Shown here: piece after piece, positions 19,906 to 29,587 of the stretch
Numbering within the stretch: the stretch's first letter is position 1
How the letters are laid out: every line of letters begins with the position of its first letter
Source: Candidatus Woesearchaeota archaeon
Lineage (GTDB): Archaea > Nanobdellota > Nanobdellia > Woesearchaeales > ARS49
DNA: 61,147 bases
Assembly (NCBI GenBank): GCA_016929895.1
Contig: JAFGHW010000048.1
Coordinates: 1 to 61,147 of the forward strand
Direction of reading: 5' to 3'
Position numbers and translations under genes: made by a program
The notes under the pieces: model-generated
The model's input: only the letters and a program-made list of their open reading frames with translations
Database searches by the model: none
What the model was told of the DNA's origin: nothing

Positions 19906-21117
19906 ATGGAAAAAAAAATAAGTGTAGTACATCCATTTTTTACACAATATGGCGGCGCAGAAAAAGTAGTTCTTGATATGGCAAAACATTTTGTTGATAA
20001 ATACGGCGAATGTAATCTATACACTTCTGTTTTTGATAAATCGTTTGAAAAAACAGTCAGAGGAGTGAAAGATCTCAATATTATCGCATTGAAGAGAAAG
20101 GTTGTTGGAAAAGCAATATTCGGAGATAAGTTTAATCCTTTTTTGCTTGTCGATATGTTGAGATTATCGAGAAAGATCAAAAAGTCCGATTTTATAATAA
20201 CAACTAACTGGCCTTCTAACATCCCTGTTTATTTATCTAAAAGATTTTTTAATAATAAAACTACGCCATCATTTTTTTTCTGTTTCGAGCCTGATCACGG
20301 TCTGCATCATAAAGAAATGATGACATCGCAATATGTGAGCAACGATTATATTAAACTTAAATTGATATCAATAATCTTTTTTCCATTTCGGTTATTAGAT
20401 AAATTTATTGTTAACCAGGAAAAGATTATTCTCACCTTAAGCGAGTATGTAAAACAAAAAATAAAAGTAGTATTTGGAAATGCCTCGCATAACAAAACAT
20501 TTCCGATACTGCATGATTATATAGATACAAAAAGGATAATAATTAAAAAGCCCAAAAGAAATTTAATAACTTTTTTCTCTCTCTGCAGGCTTGAGAAATC
20601 AAAAAATGTTAATATGATAATAACTGCATTTAAAATGCTTCAGAACAAAAATAAGAATACAAAACTTCTTATCGGGGGAACAGGACCTGAAGAAACCAGG
20701 CTAAAAAAACTAGCAGAGAGCACGAAAACAATAAAGTTCCTAGGATTTGTTAAAGATAAAGAACTTTCCAATTATTACGTTAATGCGGATATTTTTGTTT
20801 TTGCAGGAACAAGAGAATCGGCAGGGCCTCTTACGCTTATCCAGGCCATGGCATACGGAAAGGCCTGTATTGCTCCGGACGATGGTGGGTCTATTGAGAT
20901 TATCGAAAATGGAAAAGACGGAATATTTTTCAAAGCGCATTCTACAAATAGCCTATATAAGAAAATGAAACATTTGTCAGAAAACAAGAACAAAAGAAAA
21001 GTACTTGGAATAAATGCAAGGAAAAAAGCATTAGCTTCTTATTCAGCAAAGCATTTCTTTTCTGTAGTAGATACTGTAATAGAACATCCGGAGAAATTTC
21101 TTTTTCGAATTGCCTAA
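19906..21117 (+). CDS. GT4 glycosyltransferase
   Basis: GGAEKVV, RLEKSKN, GTGPE, ESAGPLTLIQAMAYG. Confidence 0.88.
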   Translation: MEKKISVVHPFFTQYGGAEKVVLDMAKHFVDKYGECNLYTSVFDKSFEKTVRGVKDLNIIALKRKVVGKAIFGDKFNPFLLVDMLRLSRKIKKSDFIITTNWPSNIPVYLSKRFFNNKTTPSFFFCFEPDHGLHHKEMMTSQYVSNDYIKLKLISIIFFPFRLLDKFIVNQEKIILTLSEYVKQKIKVVFGNASHNKTFPILHDYIDTKRIIIKKPKRNLITFFSLCRLEKSKNVNMIITAFKMLQNKNKNTKLLIGGTGPEETRLKKLAESTKTIKFLGFVKDKELSNYYVNADIFVFAGTRESAGPLTLIQAMAYGKACIAPDDGGSIEIIENGKDGIFFKAHSTNSLYKKMKHLSENKNKRKVLGINARKKALASYSAKHFFSVVDTVIEHPEKFLFRIA

Positions 21118-21162
21118 TGCTTTTTATAGTGTTTTTGCTATATGTTTTTAAAATTCGAAAAA

Positions 21163-21170
21163 TTTATAAA
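21163..21170 (+). promoter_or_regulatory. BRE-TATA (CGAAAAA-TTTATAAA)
   Basis: Lies inside the track-called ORF 5' extension, which supports a downstream start at 21232. Confidence 0.55.
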
Positions 21171-21231
21171 TAACCTTGAAGTGTTTTATTTACCCGAGGA
21201 AGGAGACTATAAGCACAATGTAGGTATTAGA

Positions 21232-22509
21232 ATGGATAAACAGCCAAAAATTGCGTTGATACAGCCTGATAGCCCTTTTTTAACATGCCCTCTTGCTTTT
21301 CCAAATCTTGGTTTAATTTATATTTCATCGTATCTTAGAAAGAATGGCATGTCCAATGTAGAATTTTATGATTTAACAGGGGGCGGAAAACTTCCAGACA
21401 ACCTCCGGGCAGATATTTTTGGTTTTTCTTCTCAAATAACCCAATTTGAAAACGTTGTTGAAATAAGCAAACAACTTAGGAAGAATAATCCGAATTCGCT
21501 TTTTGTCATAGGGGGGCCATTCTCAAGCCACAGCCCTAAAATTTGTTTGAATGCGGGTTTTGATATAGCTGTGATAGGAGAAGGCGAGATTGCTTTTTTA
21601 CAAATCATAAAGGAGTTCCCAAACGCAAGAAAAGGAGAGCATATTTCAAAAACATTTGTAGACCCAAATGGTTTATTTCCTGATTGGGATGCAATAAATC
21701 CATTAAGATATAAATACCAATTAGAAGGAAAACGATGCGTAAACATAATGACAAAAAGAGGAAATTGCCCGTATCACTGCACTTTCTGCGCAAAATCTGA
21801 GGCAGGAAAAAGCCCATTGAGATTCAGAAGTGTTAATGATGTACTGGATGAAGTAAAATACCTAAAAAACAAATATGGATTTGGTTCTATTGCAATTTAC
21901 GATGATGATGTTCTTATAGACAAAAAAAGAGATATGGAAATATTCGGGGGATTAAAGCAGCTAGGAATGCCTTACAGATGTATGACCCGAGCGAATCTAG
22001 CGACAAGAGACGATTTAAAATATCTTAAAGAAACAGGATGTGCTGAAATTTGTGTTGGGATTGAAACAGCAGATCCTTTCATACACGAAAAAGTAATAAG
22101 AAAAGGCACAACAATAGAGCAAAGTACAGAGTTTATCAGAAACTGCAAGGAGTTAGGGCTTAGGGTTAAAGCCTTTCTTATGATAGGATTACCGAGCGAA
22201 AGCAGAGAAACAGTTGAAAAAACAAAACAATGGCTAAAATCTGTAAAACCAGATAACTTTGACATATCTGTATTTACACCATATCCTGGTTCTGATATTT
22301 ATGAGCACAAAGACAACTACGAGATTGATTGGGACGAAAATTATTTAAAGACAATCTGGTTTTCAGGAGAAGCACAATACGGTCGCTGTGCTGTAAGAAC
22401 ACCTTATCTTTCTTCAGATGAAATTCTGAAATTAAAGAACGAGATAGAACAGGAGTTTGGTAGAAAAGAAGGAGGCGCCACTGATTATTGGGGGCCCTTA
22501 AAAGAATAA
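21232..22509 (+). CDS. Cobalamin-binding radical SAM protein
   Basis: FPNLGLIYISSYL, VIGGP, GEGE, RGNCPYHCTFC, YDD, MIGLPSE. Start moved to in-frame ATG 21232 (MDKQPKIALIQP). Confidence 0.88.
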   Translation: MDKQPKIALIQPDSPFLTCPLAFPNLGLIYISSYLRKNGMSNVEFYDLTGGGKLPDNLRADIFGFSSQITQFENVVEISKQLRKNNPNSLFVIGGPFSSHSPKICLNAGFDIAVIGEGEIAFLQIIKEFPNARKGEHISKTFVDPNGLFPDWDAINPLRYKYQLEGKRCVNIMTKRGNCPYHCTFCAKSEAGKSPLRFRSVNDVLDEVKYLKNKYGFGSIAIYDDDVLIDKKRDMEIFGGLKQLGMPYRCMTRANLATRDDLKYLKETGCAEICVGIETADPFIHEKVIRKGTTIEQSTEFIRNCKELGLRVKAFLMIGLPSESRETVEKTKQWLKSVKPDNFDISVFTPYPGSDIYEHKDNYEIDWDENYLKTIWFSGEAQYGRCAVRTPYLSSDEILKLKNEIEQEFGRKEGGATDYWGPLKE

Positions 22510-22511
22510 AA

Positions 22512-23663
22512 ATGGAAAAAGCACGTTACTCTTTGAATGAACCTTACTTAAAAGGAAAAGAAAAAGAATATGTTCTTGATGTTCTTGATTCTGGCTGGTT
22601 ATCTGTGAAAGGAAAACATACTAAAATTTTTGAAGAAAAATTTGCGCAGATGGTTGGTTTAAAATATGCTTTGGCTCTCCAAAGCGGAACTGCTGCTTTG
22701 CATACCACTCTTTTATCTTTAGGAATCGGCAAAAATGATAAAGTTGTTGTTCCAAACTTTACCTGCGCGGGGTGTGTAACTTCAGTAATACAGTGCGGCG
22801 CTACTCCGGTAATATTAGATGTAGAAAATGAATCCTTTGGTTTAAATATTAATAATGTAAACGAATTTCTAAAAAAAGAGAAGCCGAAAGCAATTATGTT
22901 AGTACATATATATGGCTTCCCCGCGAGAGATACTAAAGAAATAGCAGAACTTTGCAAGAAGGAAAACATCTTTTTGATTGAAGATTGTTGTGAGGCACAT
23001 GGCGCAGAGCTAGGCGATCAGAGAGTAGGAAAATTTGGAGACATTGCAGTATTTTCTGTAAGAAGCGAGAAGATGATTGGGGTTGGAGAGGGAGGGCTGA
23101 TTTTGACAGATAATAAAGAGTTGATTGACAAAGCTTTTTATTGGGCAACTAGGGCATCGCCTCATAGAGGAAATGAACACCCTTATTGGAAAATGTATTC
23201 TTATTCAGGTATAGGAATGAATTATTTAATGCCCCACTTATTAGGAGCAGTTGGAAGAGCGCAAATAGAAAACTTTGATGAGATTTTGTTACGTAAAAGG
23301 ATGGTTGGAGAAAAATATCAATCTGTTTTCAAAAACATTGATGGACAAAGGGTGCAGAAAAAGATTGATGGTAGCAATCCTTCTTATTGGTTAAACATGG
23401 TGCTTCTAGAAGATAAATCAAAAGACGAAGTTAGAAAAATAGGAGAAAAATTGATAGAGAAAGGTTTGGTAATTCGTCCACCTTTCTGGCCGTTAGGAAA
23501 CCAAGATGTATTTAAGAAATTTGCTTTTGGAAGCCAAAAAGTAGGAAATTTATTGTTTGAAAAAGGGATAATCCTTCCGTCTTCAGTGTTCCTTGCGGAT
23601 GATGGATGCAAAGGCGTTGAAGAGATTGCAGAAATATTATTTGATGTTCTAAAAATGTTTTAA
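22512..23663 (+). CDS. DegT/DnrJ/EryC1/StrS aminotransferase (divergent)
   Basis: SGTAALH, IEDCCEAHG, FSVRSEKMIGVGEGG with the catalytic Lys kept. Start at in-frame ATG 22512. Confidence 0.88.
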   Translation: MEKARYSLNEPYLKGKEKEYVLDVLDSGWLSVKGKHTKIFEEKFAQMVGLKYALALQSGTAALHTTLLSLGIGKNDKVVVPNFTCAGCVTSVIQCGATPVILDVENESFGLNINNVNEFLKKEKPKAIMLVHIYGFPARDTKEIAELCKKENIFLIEDCCEAHGAELGDQRVGKFGDIAVFSVRSEKMIGVGEGGLILTDNKELIDKAFYWATRASPHRGNEHPYWKMYSYSGIGMNYLMPHLLGAVGRAQIENFDEILLRKRMVGEKYQSVFKNIDGQRVQKKIDGSNPSYWLNMVLLEDKSKDEVRKIGEKLIEKGLVIRPPFWPLGNQDVFKKFAFGSQKVGNLLFEKGIILPSSVFLADDGCKGVEEIAEILFDVLKMF

Positions 23664-23759
23664 TGAATATTCAATTTAGGAAGCATTACATTGTTAATAA
23701 AGTATATCTATTCATTTAAACTATCTAATAGTCTTCTTTTTAAGATTTTTAGATTAATA

Positions 23760-24386
23760 TTATTTTTTTAGGCAAGTTCTAATATCATTAATACTTTCTA
23801 TGATTAAATCTGGTTTGTAATTTTCTAAAAATTTTCTGGCGCGTAAGCCTGTTAAAACTGCTATTGTTTGTATTCCAAGATTTTTTCCAACACTAATCTC
23901 TTCTTCTGTGTCTCCTACAATTACTGATTGATCTTTAGCGAATAAACTACTTTTTAAAATCAGATCTTTCTTAGAAACAGTCCCAGAAACAAGAATTTCA
24001 TCAAAAATATTTAAAATCTTCATTTTTCTTAGCTGCGTGAACAGATTATTTTTATTTTTTCTTTTGGTTAGAAGAATTACTTTATTATTTTCTTTTAATT
24101 TTTTAATACTTTCAATAGAATTAGCAATTAATCTATCAAATTCCAGAAATTTTTCATCTTCGATCATGTCTTTTCTTTTTTCCATATATCCCTGTATAAA
24201 GTTTTCATTATTAAATGTTTTTTTTATAATCTCCTCCTCTGGAATTTTTATTTTTTTAAGATTCCAATATTCTATTTTTGATAATATTCTTTTTTCTTTC
24301 ATTAAATCTCTGTAAATAGAATATAGCTTATCTGAGTTATCGATGATAACTCCATCAAAATCGCAAAAAATAACCTTATTTTTCAT
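23760..24386 (-). CDS. HAD-family hydrolase/phosphatase
   Basis: CDFDGVI, ILLTKR, VGDTEEE. Confidence 0.85.
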   Translation of the reverse strand: MKNKVIFCDFDGVIIDNSDKLYSIYRDLMKEKRILSKIEYWNLKKIKIPEEEIIKKTFNNENFIQGYMEKRKDMIEDEKFLEFDRLIANSIESIKKLKENNKVILLTKRKNKNNLFTQLRKMKILNIFDEILVSGTVSKKDLILKSSLFAKDQSVIVGDTEEEISVGKNLGIQTIAVLTGLRARKFLENYKPDLIIESINDIRTCLKK

Positions 24387-26370
24387 TCTTAAACCACTCT
24401 ATTTCTCTTCTCAAACCTTCGTCAATGTCTATTTTAGGAGTGTATTCAAGTTCTTTTGCTCGTGATATGTCAAACACAAAGTCAACATTTGGTTTTTGTC
24501 TTTTTTCAAACTCTATATCTACATTTACTCCGGCTAATTCAATAACTTTTTTTGCAATTTCTTTGATAGAGTAAATGTTCCCTGTGGCAATATTATAAAC
24601 TCCACCCCCTTTTTCTATCGCGGCGATAATAAAATTAACAACATCATCAATATAAATAAAATCTCGTTTGTCTGAACCATTCCCGTATATTACCAAATTT
24701 TGTTTATTTACCGCTTTCTTTATAAAATTAAGAATTGCGCGATTTAAGACTTCTCCGGGGCCATACACGTTTGTTAATCTTAGTATAACTAATTGTATAT
24801 CGTTCTCTTTTGTGTATTCTTTTAGAAAATTTTCTGCAATAACCTTACTTTTGCCATAATTGGATAATGGATTCTGCGGATGAGTTTCAAAGATTATCCC
24901 TTGCCGCGGAATTCCATAAGTTTCGCAGGTACTAATGAAAACAAATCGGCATCCCTTCTTCAAGAGTTTTACCAGATTCATTGTTCCGCTAACATTAACT
25001 TTTTTTGCTGATTCTTCATTGTCTTCATCTTTTGACTTTGGAACATATGCCGCTAAATGCAAAATAATATCGATCTTTTCAAAATCTGATTGAAATTTCA
25101 ATAAATTCTCTCTATTAGTTAAATCGCATTCTATAAGTTTGATATTATTATCCTTTATCAAAGATCGTAATTCCTTGCTAACACATCTTTCCAGGATGCA
25201 AATGTTTTCATACTTTTTAATAACGCTCTTTAATAAATTAATTCCTATATGGCCTCCAGCCCCGGTAATTAAAATATGTTTAGAAAAAACATCCTCCTTC
25301 TTTTTAATAGATTCTTTTATTTTTTTCAGCTTTTCCTCGTGCATATTTAAATGATTTATGTCAGTTAAAACAGGTATAAAGTCAATTCCTCTTATCCATA
25401 CAAGTCCGTCTTGCAAAGGATTTATCCTTTTAGTTATGCTGGGCAAAGATTCATTGAAAGCCAGTTTAATAAAAATATACGGCATGTTCAATCCGGCTTT
25501 AGTAAAAAATTCATGCGTTGTAAAAAATCTGCCTATATTTATCTCGGTGGGATTTGGAATGCCATTCTTGTCGTAAGTAAAATCCACTGAAAAAATACCA
25601 TTTGGCCTTCGGTCAATTGCAAATATTGTTTTTTGAGCGAGTTCATCCAAAACAGAATCAGAAAAAGTCATTCCCCCCCCAGTTGCTCCCGAAATTCCTG
25701 AGGGCGCTAATTTTGCAAGTTCCCAGTATAATCTTTTTCTTCCTTGAGCAACAATAAGTTCTCCATTTTTCCATATTGACTGCCATGTTACTGAATCAGG
25801 AGTTAGACATTCTGCGGCAGAATATTTTTTCCACCCTTTTTTAAAATCAACCCAGGACTTTGCTGTTTCGAAATCACCAACAGCAATAGATCCTCTGCCT
25901 CCTGCGCCAGTAATATCTCTAATCCATATTTTTTTGCCAAATATCTCAAATGCTTTCTTTAAATCTTCTTCATTGTTAAGCATCATTGTTTTAGGCTGTT
26001 TTATTCCAGCTTTTTTCCATTTCTCGAACGATTTAAACTTATCAAGGCATATTTCAACAGTTTTTTTGTCTGGCAAAAATGTTTTTATGTTAAGTTGGTC
26101 TCTATTTTTTGAGATATATTCCATTTCGGCATCATTTTGAACATGAAGAAATTCTAGACCATGTTTTTTAATAATATAATTAAGAATGTGTATGTAATCT
26201 TTTGCAGAAGCGGGCGGAACGAGATATTTCTCATTGGTCTCGGCTCTGCATAGATAATGCTTGTCGCAATCGGTGCCAACTACAAAAAACTCATCGTTAG
26301 AAGCTTTAAGCGATCTTACAAAATTTGTTGCAGGACTTCCACCAGCCCCCGTGATAAGCAACTTTTTCAT
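24376..26370 (-). CDS. ATP-grasp (carboxylate-amine ligase-like) domain fused to an NAD-dependent epimerase/dehydratase
   Basis: N-terminal half: CLDKFKS, GAGGRGS, TEINIGRF. C-terminal half: ILITGAGGHIG, HLAA, YGKSK, RLTNVYGPG, RDFIYIDD. Confidence 0.8.
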   Translation of the reverse strand: MKKLLITGAGGSPATNFVRSLKASNDEFFVVGTDCDKHYLCRAETNEKYLVPPASAKDYIHILNYIIKKHGLEFLHVQNDAEMEYISKNRDQLNIKTFLPDKKTVEICLDKFKSFEKWKKAGIKQPKTMMLNNEEDLKKAFEIFGKKIWIRDITGAGGRGSIAVGDFETAKSWVDFKKGWKKYSAAECLTPDSVTWQSIWKNGELIVAQGRKRLYWELAKLAPSGISGATGGGMTFSDSVLDELAQKTIFAIDRRPNGIFSVDFTYDKNGIPNPTEINIGRFFTTHEFFTKAGLNMPYIFIKLAFNESLPSITKRINPLQDGLVWIRGIDFIPVLTDINHLNMHEEKLKKIKESIKKKEDVFSKHILITGAGGHIGINLLKSVIKKYENICILERCVSKELRSLIKDNNIKLIECDLTNRENLLKFQSDFEKIDIILHLAAYVPKSKDEDNEESAKKVNVSGTMNLVKLLKKGCRFVFISTCETYGIPRQGIIFETHPQNPLSNYGKSKVIAENFLKEYTKENDIQLVILRLTNVYGPGEVLNRAILNFIKKAVNKQNLVIYGNGSDKRDFIYIDDVVNFIIAAIEKGGGVYNIATGNIYSIKEIAKKVIELAGVNVDIEFEKRQKPNVDFVFDISRAKELEYTPKIDIDEGLRREIEWFKNEK

Positions 26371-26457
26371 TGATGTCTCCTAGTGTTTCAAAATATATAG
26401 CAAAATATATAAATGTTGCGTATTTGCTCTTAGAGACAGTGGGAGGTTATTTAAATA

Positions 26458-27216
26458 ATGTTCAAAAAAAGTATTAGTGTAGTTATTCCTGCGTATAATG
26501 AAGAAGAACTGATAGAAAAAACAACTTTAGATCTTAAGAAATACTTGTCTTCTTTGAAATTAAAAAACCTAATAAGCTCTTATGAAATAATTATTTCTGT
26601 AAACGGATCCAAGGATAGAACAGAAGAATTTTCAAGAAATCTTTCTAAAAAGTATAATAACATAAAGTGCATTGTGACACGAAAAAAAGGAATGGGCCTT
26701 GCTTTAAGAAACGGCATTAAAGCATCTTCGAAAGACTTGATAACTTTCATTGCTGCAGATGGCGAAGCTTTAACTGATTTTATTGAAAGAGCGATTCTCA
26801 CTTTAAATCATTATGACTTTATCAGCGGTTCAAGATATCTTGTTAAAAATCAAGTAAAGGGCTCAAGCTTTTTAAGACTATTCTTAAGTATGGGGTTTGC
26901 TTTTTTTATAAAAATCTTTTTTTCAACGAGATTTAGCGAAGTTGGAACAGTAAAATTATTCGAACGAAAATGGGCCCAAAGAATAATTGATAAATGTAAA
27001 AGAAATGACGCAAGTTGGCAAGTGGAAATATTGTATTATGCATTAACAAGCGGTTTGAAAATAAAAGAAATACCAGTTTATATCAAGATAAAAAAAGAAG
27101 GAAGAAAATCAAAAGTTAAAATCTTAAGAGAAATTTATTATTTCTTGATGACCACATTAAAATTTAGTCTTGCTTTAAGACTTAACCAATTTAAAAAATT
27201 ATTAAGAAAGTTTTAG
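26458..27216 (+). CDS. GT2 glycosyltransferase (DPM-like)
   Basis: SVVIPAYNEE, VNGSKDRT, FIAADGE, SGSRY. Confidence 0.85.
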   Translation: MFKKSISVVIPAYNEEELIEKTTLDLKKYLSSLKLKNLISSYEIIISVNGSKDRTEEFSRNLSKKYNNIKCIVTRKKGMGLALRNGIKASSKDLITFIAADGEALTDFIERAILTLNHYDFISGSRYLVKNQVKGSSFLRLFLSMGFAFFIKIFFSTRFSEVGTVKLFERKWAQRIIDKCKRNDASWQVEILYYALTSGLKIKEIPVYIKIKKEGRKSKVKILREIYYFLMTTLKFSLALRLNQFKKLLRKF

Positions 27217-28202
27217 ATATTGATTGTTCTATTTTTTTCCCCAGAATCTAAAATTGCTAAGGCAATCCGAAGAACTTTTCTTGCCTGTTCTGGTTTTATT
27301 AATACTTCTTCTTTTCCTAGAACGCTGTTAACAAAATTTTGAATCTCTAATCTTAATGGCTCGTCTTTTATTACTGGAAAACTTGTTACTTTTCCAACAG
27401 ACACATAACCACCCTGAAAAATATTTTCTTTTTCTTCTGAAAAATCTGCATTTTCATAAAAATCGATTCTTTGCTGATCATAAGAACATTTAAGCATCCC
27501 TTTTGTTCCGTAAATTTCTATTTCTCTCAATCTTTTTGGCGATATCCAACTTATTTCACAAGATCCTTTTACTTTGTTTTCAATGTCAAGCAGTATTTTT
27601 GCGTAAATCTCTTGTTTTTCTTCAACAATTAACTTAGAATAAACCTCTTTTATATCGCCAATAAGATATTCTATAACATCAATATCATGAACTGCTAAGT
27701 CTATAAGAACTCCTCCGGGAGAACCATATAATCTCTTTGGAAAAGGTCCAATTCTAGAAGTTTTAACAAGATAAGGTTTTCCTATTTGATTATTTTTTAT
27801 CAATTCTTTTAATTTGGTAACTGTAGGATTAAACCTTTCAACATGACCAACAGTTAATATTTTGTTTTTCTGTTTTGCCAAATTAACCATTTCATCTGCA
27901 TCTTCGATTGTTTCTGTTATTGGTTTTTCAACCATAACATGCGTATTATGTTCAAGACATTTTAAAACAACATCTTTATGATATTTTGTAGGAACCGCCG
28001 CGATAACTGCATCTGGTTTTTCTTTTTCAAGCATTTCGATATGATTACTATAACCTTTTACATTATATTTTTCTTTTGCAAAATTTAATTTCTCAGGATT
28101 TGATTCAGATATAACTATTTCTGTAATTCCAGGCATTGTAGAAGAGATTCTCAAATGATGCGAACCCATTGCTCCTATTCCTATTATTCCTAGTTTTATC
28201 AT
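27213..28202 (-). CDS. Gfo/Idh/MocA oxidoreductase (WbpB-like NDP-sugar 3-dehydrogenase)
   Basis: GIIGIGAMG, VEKP, VGHVERFNP, DLAVHDID. Confidence 0.88.
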   Translation of the reverse strand: MIKLGIIGIGAMGSHHLRISSTMPGITEIVISESNPEKLNFAKEKYNVKGYSNHIEMLEKEKPDAVIAAVPTKYHKDVVLKCLEHNTHVMVEKPITETIEDADEMVNLAKQKNKILTVGHVERFNPTVTKLKELIKNNQIGKPYLVKTSRIGPFPKRLYGSPGGVLIDLAVHDIDVIEYLIGDIKEVYSKLIVEEKQEIYAKILLDIENKVKGSCEISWISPKRLREIEIYGTKGMLKCSYDQQRIDFYENADFSEEKENIFQGGYVSVGKVTSFPVIKDEPLRLEIQNFVNSVLGKEEVLIKPEQARKVLRIALAILDSGEKNRTINI

Positions 28203-28648
28203 TTTTCTAATTTTTTTATCTCAACATTTCTATTTTCATCTACATAAACTTTAGCCACCACTTTAGCTGGAATCCCCATTGCAACTGAAGAATCAGGAAT
28301 ATCTTTGGTAACAACAGAACCAGACCCGATTATGCATTGTTTTCCTATTTTCACACCCATCATTATAGTCGAGTTTGCTCCTATAAACGTATTATCGCCT
28401 ATCTTTACAGGTTTGCTCTCGATAATAACCCTATTTATTGTTCCATCTTCATTGAATTTCTTATTTGCCACACATCTTTTAGCTGAACTATGAGTGTATA
28501 TATGCACTCCAGCGCTGATATCACAATTAATACCTATCTCAAGTTCACCACTGCCGTCTATGACAGTAAAAGGACCAATCCAAGTTCCTTTACCAATTTT
28601 AGGGTTTCCGACGATTACCGCATGTTCATTATAATTATTTTTTTCCAT
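28199..28648 (-). CDS. Hexapeptide-repeat (LbH) acetyltransferase
   Basis: IG repeats, VKIGDNTFIGANSTI, GSVVTKDIP, GIPAK. Confidence 0.9.
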   Translation of the reverse strand: MEKNNYNEHAVIVGNPKIGKGTWIGPFTVIDGSGELEIGINCDISAGVHIYTHSSAKRCVANKKFNEDGTINRVIIESKPVKIGDNTFIGANSTIMMGVKIGKQCIIGSGSVVTKDIPDSSVAMGIPAKVVAKVYVDENRNVEIKKLEK

Positions 28649-29587
28649 TTAATATCTTTCGGGATTTTCAGCAATTTCTTTTGCGAATTCTGCTAAGCCG
28701 TCTTTGGCATCAACCGTAACCTTGAATCCAAGCATTTTTTGAATCTTGGTTATGTCTGCTCTTCTTTCATTTACTATCACTTTTCTTCCATCAAATTCAG
28801 GCACAACCTGTGCATCTAAGCTGTTAATCAATATATACGCCAAATCTTTTATTGTAGTAGAAACTCCAGTTCCTACATTGAATATCTCATTTTCAACGTT
28901 ATTTTTCATTGCGAGAATATTTGCCTGTACAATATCCTTAACATTTACAAAATCCATTGATTGCTTTCCTTCTCCGGCGATAATTGGACGTTCTTTGTTA
29001 ATAATTCTTTTAATAAACACACTGATAACAGAAGTATAATATGCGTCAGGTTTTTGACCACTTCCGTACACGTTAAAATATCTAAGAATATTGTATTTTA
29101 GTCCAGAACGGGCATAAAACTTTAACAATTGCTCGCTTGCTAATTTTGCTAAGCAATAAGGCGTGACTGGATTTAATTCAGCATCTTCTTTCATCGGAAG
29201 CACTTTTGGGTCTCCATACACAGAAGCAGAAGACGAAAAAATAATTCTTTTGATATTATGTTCAAGAGCAGATTTAAACACATTATTTGACCCAAGTAAA
29301 TTAATTTCAATAGATTCTTTAGGAAATTTGATACTATAATTGATACAAACCGCAACAAGATGGAATACATACTTGACGCCTTCCATTGCTTTATCAACAT
29401 CGCCCTTGTTTCTTACATCTCCCTTAAAAAATTCGACTTTATCAGAATCAATTAAATCTTTTAATGACTCTGTGCCAGAACGGTTTAAATTGTCTAAAAC
29501 CCGAACATCATGCCCTTCCTTAACCAGTTCTCTAACTAAATTACTCCCTATAAATCCTGTTCCTCCTGTCACTAATATTTTGCTCAT
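28649..29587 (-). CDS. NAD-dependent nucleotide-sugar epimerase/dehydratase
   Basis: TGGTGFIG, SSSASVYG, YCLAK, RYFNVYG. Confidence 0.92.
   Translation of the reverse strand: MSKILVTGGTGFIGSNLVRELVKEGHDVRVLDNLNRSGTESLKDLIDSDKVEFFKGDVRNKGDVDKAMEGVKYVFHLVAVCINYSIKFPKESIEINLLGSNNVFKSALEHNIKRIIFSSSASVYGDPKVLPMKEDAELNPVTPYCLAKLASEQLLKFYARSGLKYNILRYFNVYGSGQKPDAYYTSVISVFIKRIINKERPIIAGEGKQSMDFVNVKDIVQANILAMKNNVENEIFNVGTGVSTTIKDLAYILINSLDAQVVPEFDGRKVIVNERRADITKIQKMLGFKVTVDAKDGLAEFAKEIAENPERY

Noticed and set aside
21142..21231. Track-called N-terminal extension and an ATG-TAG mini-ORF at 21218
   Set aside because: The extension contains a BRE-TATA, so it is likely non-coding. The start-stop is plausibly chance.
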